From assembly GCA_951406725.2 (NCBI GenBank), contig OX597818.1, forward strand, positions 136,648,001 to 136,712,000: 64,000 nt of DNA, given 5' to 3'. Numbering within the stretch: the stretch's first letter is position 1; each line of letters opens with the position of its first letter. Shown here piece by piece: positions 1-12,200 of this stretch. The notes under the pieces were generated by a model. It searched no databases and was not told where the DNA came from. It was given only the letters and a program-made list of their open reading frames with translations. Source of the DNA: Octopus vulgaris (lineage: Eukaryota). The position numbers and the translations under genes are program-made.

Positions 1-81
1 ACTTGGCCAAGATGCCACGCAGTGGGACTGAACCCGGAACCATGTGGTTGGTTAGCAAGCTACTTACCACACAGCCACTCC
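1..81 (-). mobile_element. tRNA-derived SINE family A, 5' head (cut by window edge)
   Basis: Reverse complement GGAGTGGCTGTGTGGTAAGTAGC...GGTTCAGTCCC (A/B-box-like) matches full copies at 40465, 43827 and 52765. Confidence 0.9.
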
Positions 82-119
82 TGTTTGTTGCCTTCTTTGG
101 ACAGACCCATGAAAGGAAG

Positions 120-450
120 TGAGGTTAATACTCATTTAACCAATGAGCAGCTTTATGAAGATCTACCCAAAAGGACCGAGAAGATTCAACAGAGAAGAAT
201 GAGAATCGTGTTGGTCATTGCATCAGGCACCCAGAAGAACCCATGTGTCAACTGGTCTTATAGAAATCAGTTGAAGGAAAGAATTGATTGAAGAAAATGT
301 CTAACCTATGTAGATTTCTTGCTTCAGGACAGTGAAACAGCAAATGTGGACAAATGAAGAACATGCATGGGGGACTGTAAAAGATGGCAAATTTGCATGA
401 AATCATTGAAGAGTCAGGGAGGATGACCAAACTAAACTAAAACCTAAGTT
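120..450 (+). mobile_element. RTE/RTE-X-like LINE 3' remnant (ORF C-terminus)
   Basis: Translates with frameshifts as THLTNEQLYEDLPK..EKIQQRRMR..GHCIRHPEEPMCQLVL..TYVDFLLQD, the HxTNxxLY..RRLR.AGHC.R..TYxD pattern of RTE-group ORF ends. Confidence 0.75.
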
Positions 451-674
451 TCACCAATATACTCTTCAGTGATGTGGGTTACTTATTGCACACATCACTG
501 CTTTGCCTCTGAAACTTACTTTGGGTACCAAAGGCAAAGTGACAGAAGATTCAACAGAGAACAATGAGATTTGCTGGTCATTGCATCAGGACCCCCAGAA
601 GAACTTGTGTGTCAACTGGTCTTTTGGTAGTCAGTTGAAGGAAGAATCAACAGGGGAAGAAAATGTCTAATGTA

Positions 675-1189
675 TCTCTTTTACTTGTTTCAGTCATTTG
701 ACTGTGGCCGTGCTGGAGCACCACTTTTAGTTGAGCACATCGACCCCCCAGGACTTATTCTTTTGTAAGACTAGTACTTAATCTATCAGTCTCTTTTGCT
801 GAACTGCTAAGTTATGGGGACGTAAACACACCAGCATCGATTGTCAAGCGATGTTGGGGGGACAAATACAAACACATCATCATCATCATCGTTTAACGTC
901 CATTTTCCATGCTAGGATGGGTTGGACGGTTCAACCGGGGTCTGGGAAGCCAGGAGGCTGCACCAGGCTCCAGTCTGATCTGGCAGTGTTTCTACACACA
1001 CACACTCACATATATACATATACACGACGGGCTTCTTTCAGTTTCCGTCTACCAAATCCACTCACAAGGCTTTGGTCGGCCCGAGGCTATAGTGGAAGAC
1101 ACTTCCCCAAGGTGCCACGCAGTGGGACTGAACCCGGAACCATGTGGTTGGTAAGCAAGCTACTTACCACACAGACACTCCTACGCCTA
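675..1189 (-). mobile_element. SINE family A, full length, carrying a nested family C fragment
   Basis: Head at 1189, tail ...GACTGAAACAAGTAAAAGAG at 675; extra 120 bp in the central microsatellite. Confidence 0.9.
874..995 (-). mobile_element. Family C (RTE-type 3'UTR) 5'-truncated fragment nested in SINE A
   Basis: On the minus strand ends ...GGAAAATGGACGTTAAACGATGATGATG; inserted in the (CA)n linker. Confidence 0.85.
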
Positions 1190-1680
1190 TGTGTGTATAA
1201 AGACAATTTGCTTCAGGACAGTGGAATGGCAAATAGAACATGCATGAGGGACCATGCATTGAAGCATCCAGGAAGGTGGCCAAACAAAAACTAATACAAG
1301 TACTTTATTAAAACACCTATCAATGATATAGTGATCCCACCGACTGCATTATTGAGTAAGAAGCTTTATGTCACCTCAACATATATTTCAAGCTTGGCTG
1401 AGTGCGTGATTATATGTTAATTGGTTCAAACAAAGATACATGGTAGGGGTCTATGAGACAACATGTAAGAACAGTCATCACAGCACAGGGTCTGTGATGA
1501 CCATGTAGAAATTGTCTTGGGTCTGTAGGGGGTTATGTAGAAATTACCCTCAGTCAGTGAACACTGTGTACAAAACTGTCATTTTTCTGGATTTTAAACT
1601 GACATCTTATTAACCTGGAGCTGCTGAGAAATCTCAGACTTCATTGTAAATTCTATTATATTGTCATGTATAATTCAGTG

Positions 1681-1683
<3 letters not shown>

Positions 1684-1758
<75 letters not shown>
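1684..1758. repeat. (GA)n microsatellite
   Basis: Direct; similar tracts at 10910-10990 and 42297-42428. Confidence 0.98.
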
Positions 1759-1762
<4 letters not shown>

Positions 1763-2194
1763 GGGTATGAAAGAGTGAGTGCATAAAAGAGAGACAAAGA
1801 GGATAGAGAGGTAGATTATACATGTGTGTGAGTGTGTGTATACATGGAAATAGAAAAAGTGAGAGAGAAATTTTCTCTTAGGACATTGGACGTCATCTTA
1901 GCTTGTTTCGAGAAATTATTCCCTTCTCCTTTCCCTTCCACCATACCTCCCCACCACCGCTGCAATTACTACCCCCCACTCCAAATAAAACCACTGACAC
2001 CCCCACCACCCCTCGACCTGAGTTAGTAGTAGTAATAATAATTCAATTTGTTTGTCCTTTCATTTGTTTCTTCCTGTTTCAATATAACTGTAAGGAGACA
2101 CAAGAGAGTGGTTAACCCTGTTTACGACAAGTTTTTGCAGCCATACAGGAATGTAAATTGGTTGATTGGATTAGATTCACAGTCAGAAACAGGG

Positions 2195-2271
2195 TCATAT
2201 GATAATGGAAGACGTTGAAGAAGAAGCAGATGATGATGATGATGATGATGAGGAACTGTCAACAGCTAAAT
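2195..2271 (-). CDS. Candidate terminal exon (D)LAVD-polySer-ASSSTSSIII*
   Basis: Acceptor tttatgcaatAG at 2272; phase 1 matches donor AAGG|GTAAGG at 3649/3648; low complexity, no homology recognised. Confidence 0.2.
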
Positions 2272-2366
2272 CTATTGCATAAACATTACAGCAGTACATC
2301 CTAGAAAATCTAACTTTGGCTGTACACACACATGCATAATAACACACACTCACATACACACACACA

Positions 2367-2590
2367 TATGAAGGGTACCAAAAAGTTCCTGGCTTGAAGG
2401 GTATCGTGAACGGTCTGGTTGGAGGCCCAACAATCTGAGTTCTTTTGCAGGGTTTATTTAGAAAAACTGAAGGACCACTGCAATAAGTGTGTGAATCTGA
2501 AACAACAATATGTTGGATAAAATCATAATTAACTGATCCTCCTGTATTTTCGTTTACCCATCTAGGAACTTTTCAACACTCCCTCGAATA
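2367..2590 (+). mobile_element. Mariner-derived MITE (~220 bp)
   Basis: TA-flanked inverted ends (TATGAAGGGTACCAAAAAGTTCCT / AGGAACTTTTCAACACTCCCTCG); interior retains transposase C-terminus KLKDHCNKCVNLK..YV*; second copy at 4951. Confidence 0.8.
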
Positions 2591-2625
2591 AGTATGTACA
2601 CACACACAATATATATATATATATA

Positions 2626-3116
2626 TCATCATCATCATCATCATTGTTTAACGTCCGTTTTCCGTTCTAGCATGGGTTGGACGGTTCGAGCGGGGATCTG
2701 GGAAGCCAGGAGGCTACACCAGGCTCCAGTCTGATCTGGCAGTGTTTCTACACCTGAATGCCCTTCCTAACACCAACCACTCTATGAGTGTAGTGGGTGT
2801 TTTTTATGTGTCACCAGCACGGGTGCCAGGGGAGGCTGGCAGCGGCCACGATCGATTGGACCTTTTTATGTGCCACTGGCACGGAAGCCAGTCAAGGTGG
2901 CACTGGCATTGGCCACGTGCCACTGGCACAGGTATCACAACTACAATCTCCATTTGATATTTATTTTGATGTTGATATACTTGATTCAATAGGTCTCCTC
3001 AAGCACAGGAGGTCACCCTACAATCCAAGGTAAGCACAACAGGTCGTTCTGCAATCCAAGGTACTTTGGATGGGCTGGGGCTGCTATGCGAAACTGGTGC
3101 AAGAAACAGCCATGAA

Positions 3117-3119
<3 letters not shown>
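2626..3119 (-). mobile_element. Family C RTE-type 3'UTR, long copy
   Basis: (GAT)n tail, core GTGGTTGGTGTTAGGAAGGGCAT, tandem GTGCCNGTGGCAC units, 5' extension. Confidence 0.85.
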
Positions 3120-3160
<41 letters not shown>

Positions 3161-3180
3161 GAATCTTATAAAAGCTAAAT

Positions 3181-3615
3181 GTGCAGATATGGCTGTGTGG
3201 TTAAGAAGCTTGCTTTGCATTGCAACCATGTCATGTCAGGTTCAGTCCCACTGTGCAGCATCTTGGGCAATTGTGTTCCTCTACAGCCCTGGGCTGACTA
3301 ATGCCTTGTGAGTGGTGAATTTGGAAGATGGAAACTACAATGAAGCCCACTGTATATATATATATATATGTGTGTGTGTGTGAGTGTCTTTGCATTTGTA
3401 TGTGTCCCTCTCTCCTCCCACAAACTGCTTGACGACCAGTGTAGGTTTGTAGACATCTCTGTAACTTAGCAGTTTGGCAAAAAAGATCAATAAAGTAAGT
3501 GTCAGGTTTTTCAGAAATAAGCATTGAGGTTGATTCATTTGAATAAAAATTCACCAAGGTGGTACCCTAACATGGCTGCTGTCCAATGACTGAAACAAGC
3601 AAAAGATAGAATAAA
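3181..3615 (+). mobile_element. SINE family A, diverged
   Basis: TGGCTGTGTGGTTAAG head, (TA)(TG) linker, GACTGAAACAAG tail. Confidence 0.8.
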
Positions 3616-3962
3616 AGGTGTTTATAAGTTTGTTTCCTTCCCCCTTACCCTTGTATGTGTGTTGAGAGTATAGACCAGACTCTGAATAAACAGGTGATGG
3701 TAAGTGGTGATGATGGTGATAGTGGTGATGGTGGTGAGGCTTGGCAGTGTCAGCTTCAATCAGTGTCACTCCAAAGAAGAGTTTATGTTATTTTGTTTAA
3801 GGTTGATATTGTAAGGAATGGCAAATCTAATTAATATCTTGAAATTTCGGATTTCATCTTTTTGTTTGTTTTTCAAAGTAGAGAAACAAGGTGCTGTCGG
3901 CTGATCTGACTGTATGTTGTGTTTGGGGATGGAAAAATGCAGTGAAGGATACACATGCATAC

Positions 3963-4379
3963 CTATTTCTTTATTACCCACAAGGGGCTAAACACAGAGG
4001 GGACAAACAAGGACAGACATAGGTATTAAGCCGATTACATCGACCCCAGTGCGTAACTGATACTTAATTTATCGACCCCGAAAGGATGAAAGGCAAAGTC
4101 GACCTCGGCGGAATTTGAACTCACAACGTAACGGCAGACGAAATACCTATTTCTTTATTACCCACAAGGGGCTAAACACAGAGGGGACAAACAAGGACAG
4201 ACATAGGTATTGAGTCGATTACATCGACCCCAGTGCATAACTGGTACTTAATTTATCGACCCCGAAAGGATGAAAGGCAAAGTCGACCTCGGTGGAATTT
4301 GAACTCAGAACGTAGCGGCAGACGAAATACTGCTCAGCATTTCGTCCGGCGCACTAACGTTTCTGCCAGCTCGCCGCCT
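3963..4379 (-). mobile_element. SINE family B, head-to-tail partial dimer with 17-bp TSD
   Basis: Head GGCGGCGAGCTGGCAGAA..GAGTTCAAATTCC; body repeated; AGGATACACATGCATAC at 3946-3962 and 4380-4396. Confidence 0.92.
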
Positions 4380-4729
4380 AGGATACACATGCATACACAC
4401 ACACACACACACACACGTACATACACAGGTATGCACAGCTTTATGGAAGCACTGCGATGCTGTGATGCCTGAAAATTTTGATGTAATGAAAACTTTTTTC
4501 CCAATTCTGTTCCACGAATTCACGGCTTTCCCATAGTTGTAGGAAATTATCATAATTTGAGAAGGCAAAGACGTGACTGTGTAGTTAAGAAGTTTGTTTC
4601 CCAACCACATGGTTTCAGGTTCGGTCCTGCCATGTGACATCCTGGGCAAGTGTCTTCTATTATAGCCCTGGGCTGACCAAAGCCTCGTACTTGGATTTAG
4701 TAGATGGAAACTGAAAAAATTCTATCAAA

Positions 4730-4908
4730 TGGTGGCATGTAAAAAGCACCCACTACACTCGCGGAGTGGTTGGCGTTAGGAAGGACATCCAGCTGTAGAA
4801 ACACTGCCAGATCAGACTGGAGCCTGGTGCAGCCCCTGGCTTCCCAGACCCCGGTTGAACCGTCCAACCCGTGCTAGCATGGAAAACGGACATTAAACGA
4901 TGATGATG
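4730..4908 (+). mobile_element. Family C RTE-type 3'UTR fragment
   Basis: Core and (GAT)n tail; other copies at 10535-10775, 18118-18374, 21640-21808, 22619-22721(-), 31995-32240(-), 43160-43600(-), 50040-50200(-), 56516-56720(-), 57319-57505(-). Confidence 0.85.
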
Positions 4909-4941
<33 letters not shown>

Positions 4942-4950
4942 ATGTGTACA

Positions 4951-5171
4951 TATGAGAGGTTGCTGAGAAATTCTTGGTTTTAAGGGTATCATGAAAGGCC
5001 TGGGTGGAAGCCCAACCTTTTGAGTTCTTTAACAGGGCTTAGGGAAACTGAAGGACCACTGCAATAAGTGTGTGAATCTGAAAGGAGAATATGTTAGATA
5101 ATATCATAATTGACTGATCCTCCTCTATTTTCTTTCACCCAAAGCCAGGAACTTTTCAGCACTCCCTCTTA
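4951..5171 (+). mobile_element. Mariner-derived MITE, second copy
   Basis: TATGAGAGGTTGCTGAGAAATTCTTGG...CCAGGAACTTTTCAGCACTCCCTCTTA; interior GLRETEGP/KLKDHCNKCVNLKGEYV. Confidence 0.82.
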
Positions 5172-5358
5172 ACTCCAAGATTCCGAGTTCAATTCCAGGC
5201 AGTGATCTGAATAATAATAATAACAGTGAAAAATACTTCAGGAATGAGAACCCAGGTTCGAAATTTCCCCACTTGATGAAGGCTGGAGGGTATATCAGCC
5301 AAAACGTTCTATTAACAACAAACAAGAAGAGGACAAATATCCATCAAATGTAAATAAT
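5172..5358 (+). mobile_element. SINE-like remnant with Pol III B-box and decayed hammerhead-like motif
   Basis: GAGTTCAATTCC at 5184; TTGATGA-A-GGCTG(loop)CAGCC-AAAA-CG-TT at 5273-5308 (two core mismatches). Confidence 0.45.
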
Positions 5359-5737
5359 GGCTTTGCCATTGCTTACAATATCAATCAAAATAACATCACT
5401 GTGCAAGAGAACAGTGAGCCACCCACATACTACACAATAACTCACTCCCATTTGATGGAGAGAATGAGATAACATGGAGCACAGACATTTGATCACCACA
5501 AACAAATCATCTGTGCAGGTTAAAGATTTTAGAAATTTTTACTACCAATGGCCTAGCATATAGAAAAATTAGTCAATAGACTATATATTATTCATATAAA
5601 ATACAGTGTACATTTAAACACATAAGAGGTGTCCATCATAGGACTCCCTTATGCTAGAAGGAACAGCTAAAGTGGTTTGGACTTTAGCTGTCCCTTCTAG
5701 CGTAAGGGACACCTTTTATGTGTTTAAATTTACACTG

Positions 5738-5837
<100 letters not shown>

Positions 5838-6159
5838 TTGTATGTGAATGTGTGTATGCTTGTGTCTCCTTGTCTTGACAACACATGATTGTTGTAAATG
5901 AATGTCATTTGTTTCAAATATTCTTGTGAAAACATATCTAGCCACGGGGGAAATATTACTTTGCTTAGAATCAGGTGACAAGAAGGGCATCTAGTTGTAG
6001 AAAGTGTGCTTCAATAAACTCAATCCCAACCCATGCAAGAATGGGAAAGTGGACGATGGAACAATAATGAGGATGATGGTACAATGTTGAACTCCACAAT
6101 TAATGATGATACGTAACAGAGATTGTACGATTTTGTGGTATGGCACACGTTTGTATAAT

Positions 6160-6530
6160 GCTGATGAAGATATGATGATAGTATCGATGATGGTAATAAT
6201 GGTGATATATGGCGTGGTGTACACCTGTATTTTATGTAACATGTGGTATATACATGTACAGTATAGGCTATCACAGAAGAAACATAAAGGATGGTTAAAA
6301 GGATGGTGATGATGATGATGGTGATGAAGATGATGGTGGCAATGATGATGGTGGTGATGAAGATGATGGTGGCGATGATGATGATGGTGATGAAGATGAT
6401 GGTGGCGATGATGGTGATGATGATGATGATGGTAGTGATAATAATGGAGGTAATGGTGATGATGATTACAATGATGATGATGGTAGTGATAATAATGGGA
6501 GGTAATGGTGATGATGATATTGATGATGGC
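6160..6530. repeat. Compound (GAT/GGT)n repeat with ~30-bp higher-order unit
   Basis: GATGATGATGGTGATGAAGATGATGGTGGC repeated about three times at 6310-6410. Confidence 0.9.
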
Positions 6531-8136
6531 AGTGTAGCTGCTGCTGATATTTCATTCTCATTTTCTGTCTTTGTCTCTCTCTCTCTCTCTCCCCCACCCT
6601 CCTCCCTCTCATTCTCTCCGTCCCTCATTCTTTGCTACCATTGCTGTTTATAACTGATTTAATTGTGTGGTGGCATTCATGATTATGGGCGTTGCTTTAA
6701 CTAATGCCATTAACAACCAACCCACTCATGCAGGGACACACAGACACATCCATCCAGCCATCCAGCCAGCTAGCTATCCACCGACCCACCCAAACAGACG
6801 GACACAACCCTCTCTCACACTCCCCCAAACCACCCACACAATAAATCCATAGCAACTTTGTAATGTCTACTCCTTTAGTAAATGCTCCTTTCATTAAACG
6901 AAGTGTAATAATATCCCTGCAATAATTGCGCACCGCTAATAAGCTAAGTACACAAATATTTCTGAAACTCCGTAGAAAATGAAAAACAAAAAAACAAAAA
7001 CAAAGCAAAGAAATAAAATAAACAAACAAAAAACAATTAAATAAGCAAAACAAAACAAAAGTAGCCCAAAGTAATAAATATAAAATAATGCCTAAAACGA
7101 TTTCCTGTAGAGAAGAATCAAGCAATTGTTGCAACATTTAGAGTTCTTTAGAATAATAATAGAAAATTGATGAGGAATGTGCTTCTTTACACTGTTATAG
7201 AAAATAAAAGTATGGCCATGTGCTTAGTTTGCTTTGCAAGTGTCTTCTGTTTCAGAACCAGGCAGACCAATGCCTTGTGAGTGAAATTGGTAGCTGTAAA
7301 CTGTGTGGAAGCTAGTTGTACTCAAAAATCCACCCCACCATCCATCCATCCACCCCCCACACACATATTATTTAATAAATGCAATATATGTATTTATGTG
7401 CTACTATTAGTTTCATGTGCTGAGAGCATGCCAAACAGCGTTTTTAACACGTCTGGTGTCCTAACACAAACATCAGACACTGCCCACATGACATAATGAA
7501 CTATAAAAGTGGGATGATAAGATGAGAGAAAAGGGAGACAGATGTAGGTGGAAAGTTGAAAAACCGGAAAATGTAAAATAAATCAGATAGAAGCAAAAGG
7601 GGGTAAATAGAGTTATTTCCCCTTAGACAGTAAAATATAAAGCTGAAAAGATAGTGGCTTAGAGTCTGTGGTACAGTTATTCAATCAATTTATCAACAGG
7701 AACTTAGCCATATACTTACAACTGCTGAAAATTTCAGATCTAGAATTCAGCAGTGATTTAGAGTTCTTAGATCTGAAAAAGATCTGAGTTCTTTCAGCTA
7801 TGCGTAAGGTACATTTTTTGAATCATTAACATATGGTGTGGATTTTTTGACTATTTTCCACTTTATTGTATGCGGTGTGGCATTCGATTTCAAGACCCAT
7901 ATGTCACTAGCCAACTTAGTATCTTTACTTTTGTCTCTGTGTCAGAAAGAAGATGTGTGATTAGCATAGCGATTTTTGAATTCTCCTTCAAATAGTCTGA
8001 TATAGCTCTTCTAGCATTGCTGTAATGAATTTAATCATACTTTGCTGGCCAAGCAGAATGGTTCCTGGGCCTTGACAGTTACAACTGGGAGTGGGCTCAA
8101 CTGGTACTTATGATTCTGCCAGTTCACCACTATTGT

Positions 8137-8535
8137 ATCATCATCATCATCATTTAACACCCGTTGTCTATGCTGGAATGGGTAGGAAGGTTTGACTGGG
8201 CTAGCACACTGGAAGGCTGCACCAGGCTCCAGTTTGATTTGGCATGGTTTTTTTACAGCTGCATGCCCTTCCTAACTCCAAGAGTGTAATAGGTGTTTTT
8301 ATATGCCAATTGCATGATACTGGTATCTACCATGACCACGATTTTGCTCGGCTTGATGGCTCTTCTTCTCAAGCATGACATAATGCAAGAGGGCTCGGTA
8401 ATTGCCTCTGTGAGATCCAACACTCGAAAGGAACTCGGCCACTTTGCCTCCATGAGGCCCAACGCTTGAAAGGAACTCGTCCACCTCACTTCCATGAGGC
8501 CCAACACTCAAACACTCAAAAGGAACTCAGCCACA
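8137..8535 (-). mobile_element. RTE LINE 3' end (ORF terminus plus family C UTR) with 42-bp tandem triplication
   Basis: Minus-strand LGLMEA../LDLTEAIT.. resembles the RTE ORF end; unit CCACTTTGCCTCCATGAGGCCCAACGCTTGAAAGGAACTCG about x3; continues into the family C core. Confidence 0.65.
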
Positions 8536-9119
8536 TAAATATCAGGACAGATATAGTACATTCTGAGTTAAAATTCCACCAAACTTGACTTTGACTTTCA
8601 TCCTTTCAAAGCCAATAAAATGAGTACCAGTTGATCACTGGGGGACAATCTAATCAACCTACCCCCCACCCCCACATCCGAAGCTACTGGCCTTGTGCTA
8701 AAATTTGAAACCAATATTGAGATAGATACTTGGTTGAAGTCACATTATTGGCTGTTTGTGCTTTTTTTCCTTTCACCTATATTTTAAAGGTTCTCTTTAC
8801 CTTTCCTCCTACTCTACTCCTGGAATACTCACCCCTCTCTCCCACAGACTATTATATCTGATAGAAGCCCCAAGATTGAATCTCTCCCCATCTCTCTTTC
8901 CTATTATTTTAACAATTAGGTACTCATGTAATCCCGCTTTTGACATACATTTTCATTTCAGTAAACAAAGTGTCACTGGCAAACAGTTGGGGGCTAAAAG
9001 GATATTAAGTGTATTTACAGAAAGTGTGTGCACATAAATGTGTGTATGTGTTTGTTCGTGTGCACGGTATTTCTCCATTTAGGTATGTATGTGTTTATGT
9101 GTGCTTGTGTGTGTATCAA

Positions 9120-9156
<37 letters not shown>

Positions 9157-10185
9157 CTCTCTCTATATATATCAAAATATCATTAGTGGTGAGCTGGCAG
9201 AATCATTAGTACAACGGGCAAAATGCTTATATATATATATATATATGTATGTATATATATATATATATATATATTGGAACTCTTCTTTGCACTTCATAAC
9301 AAAGACATGACACAATGTAGGTAAAGACATTTTAGAAATTTGAAAAGTTTACACGAAACTGGTAATTTCTCCAAAAACTATCTTACTATACGCAAAATTT
9401 TATAACATTTTTCTAACATAACGACTTAAATATACTCTTTAACCTTATAAAACAAGCCTTCTGTAGTTTTTTCCCTCTTTTCTATTTTAGGAGAAACAGT
9501 GATCAATTTGGCTGCTATTTCTAATATTTTCGGTATGTGGTTTTGAGCAACTTGTTGCAATTAATCCTTTATTATAATTAATATATATGAAAAAGAGAGA
9601 GAGGGTAAGAACTGAAACACTACGATTGCATTGTATGTGTGTAATTCATACACACACACACACACAAAGGCATTCCTTGCATTACAGAAACCCCACATTA
9701 TGACAGAATTTTCAGAAGTACGATACTATGTGAGTGGGGGTAGGTGAGAATTTGATTGCTGTGTAGTGTTTTTAATATATATGATATTTGTGTATTGTCA
9801 CTGTTATTGTTTAGTCTCATGTCACCCCCAAAGCAAGTAAATCCATGACCAAAGGTATCCCAGCCTATAACTGTTCCATTTTATATACATAGCGTACCTA
9901 AGCTTATATAATACAGAATGCACATTCTTATTTCTTATTCAAGGAGGCAAAGTGAGATTTGAGCGAGATAGGGCTGCTATTTCAAGCAGATTGAGAGACC
10001 ACATAGAGACTGATTGGCATATGATATTTTTTGGTTCAGGGTATAATTGTGGGTAGGAAAGGATATAGTCAAATGTCTACACTGTAGGCACACATACTGG
10101 CTGTGTGTACTATATGTGCATATATATTTAAATAAATATAAATGTGTGTGTGTGTGTGTGTGTATATGTATATATATATATATAT

Positions 10186-10306
10186 ATCACCGTGACTGAC
10201 CAGGCTATCAGATGTTGCTACACATTGCTGGTCACAATGCGCTTTGCATTTTTTTTTTTTTTAGCCTTCAAATGATGCCACCCCGCTGGCTAAGTGAGCA
10301 GGCCAA
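10186..10306 (-). mobile_element. Isolated 3' tail module of SINE D-prime inside (TA)n
   Basis: Matches 14480-14592. Confidence 0.85.
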
Positions 10307-10928
10307 TATATATATATATATATATATATATGGGATTAGGGGTGAGATGGTTTGCCTATCTATGACTTTCAGGTGCTTTAACACTCAGTACTTTCAGGGA
10401 GTCATCCCCCATCATGCTGAACCACAGCCTCCAGGTGAACAAGCAAATCACATACACTGAGTATGAACGGCCGATAATGTTTACAATACTAGTGCTGCTT
10501 CTAATTCATAACTGAATGAATATATATATATTTGGTACATAAAAAGCACCAACCGATCGTGGCCACTGCCAGCCTCCCCTGGCACCTGTGTCGGTGTCAG
10601 GTAAAAAGCACCCACTACACTCACGGAGTGGTTGGTGTTAGGAAGGGTATCCAGCTGTAGAAACACTGCCAGATCAGACTGGAGCCTGGTACAGCCTCCT
10701 GGTTTCCCAGACCCCAGTCGAACTGTCCAACCCATGCCAGCATGGAAAACGAATGTGAAACGATGATGATGATGATATATACATATATATATATATATAC
10801 ACATAGATTTGAGGGTATGTGTCTAGGTCAGTGTTATGATATTGAGAAGTAGTGCTCCTTTAAAGAATTTGGGAGCTCAGCTCATAAGGCAAATATCAGA
10901 GAGAGCACTAGAGAGAGAGAGAGGGAGA

Positions 10929-10992
<64 letters not shown>

Positions 10993-11235
10993 ACTATGGG
11001 GATGAATGGAGATGGAGCACTGAGTACATAGAAGCTGGGGTTTTGACTTTACTCAGAAATAAAATATTTAAACTTGGTACTGTACATATTTTAAAATGTT
11101 CCAAAGAAAAGAAAAAGAAAAAAATGATACTGCTGTCAGGTTTAAAACATGTCTAGGAGATTGCATTATTAGTGATGAGAAGCATAACTTATACTGTTAT
11201 TCAAGTCCAATATAATTCCTTATCTTGTTTAGTAA

Positions 11236-11630
11236 TCTCTCTTTATATAAAACTGAAGCTGTCTGTGTATGGCAGGTTTGGTAGCCTTCAACTAACACTA
11301 TCTTCTCCGAGACCCTGCGGCGCAAGTTGACCAAAATTGAGAGTATGATAGAAGAAGGCTTGCTCTTCCTTCCGTAGAAGAAAAAATTCAAATCAGACCA
11401 TGTTAACACCAAAAATTATTTACATCAAAAAGGTGCTTTTTTTTCTATGAAAATCCCTATTTTTTACGATTTTTTGACTGCTGTGCCGCCATTTTTCGGT
11501 GTATTTCAACCAGAAAAAAATGTTCACTAAAAGAGAATAACAAGCTACATAATGCAAAATTTTTACTTTTCAAAAATTCCAATTCTAAAGGGTTGAAACA
11601 AACCCGAGTAACGCCGGGCGATACTGTTAG
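11236..11630 (+). mobile_element. Non-autonomous Helitron-like element
   Basis: 5' A|TC..TATATAAAA, subterminal hairpin CCCGAGTAACGCCGGG, 3' end TTAG|T (CTAG variant); no TSD. Confidence 0.7.
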
Positions 11631-11734
11631 TTTATATTAAAATATAAACTCAGGGAAAGAGTGAGTGTGTGTATGGGTGGGGGCGGTTCTATGCAAATAG
11701 CTGAAACGGGGCACATGCTGGTTAGGATAGCTTT

Positions 11735-12200
11735 CTTTTATCATGGACTGCGGCCATGCTGGGGCACCACCTTGAAGAGTTTAGTTGAGCTAATTGACCT
11801 TAGTACTAATGTTTTTTAAGTCTGGTACTTATCTTATTAGTGCTTTTTGTTGAACTGTTAGGTCATGGGGATGTAAACAAACCAACATCAGTTGTCAAGC
11901 AATAAGGAGACAAACACAAAGACACCCAAATACACTGTTTATCTTTAACCTGTTTCAGTTATTGGACTGTGGCCATACTGGGGCACCACCTTCAAGAGCT
12001 CAGTCGAGCAAATTGACCATAGCACTAATGTTTTTATTAGTGCCTTTTGTTGAACTGCTACATCATGGGGATGTAAGCAAACCAACACCAGTTGCCAAGC
12101 AGTAGGGGACAAAAAAGACACCCAAACACATACACAAATATATGATAGAAAATTCCACACAATTTTATCAATGGGATCCGGTTACAAGGCATTGGGCAGT
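11735..12200 (-). mobile_element. Two tandem 3' halves of diverged SINE A
   Basis: GGCCATRCTGGGGCACCACCTT..GGGGATGTAARCAAACCAACA occurs twice, about 220 bp apart. Confidence 0.75.

Larger units (their letters stand above)
530..1300 (+). mobile_element. Second copy of the same RTE-X-like 3' remnant, split by a SINE A insertion
   Basis: 545-672 (KIQQRTMRFAGHCIR..CQLVFW) and 1195-1290 (ttgcttcaggacagtg..agaacatgcatg) are both homologous to 180-440. Confidence 0.75.
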
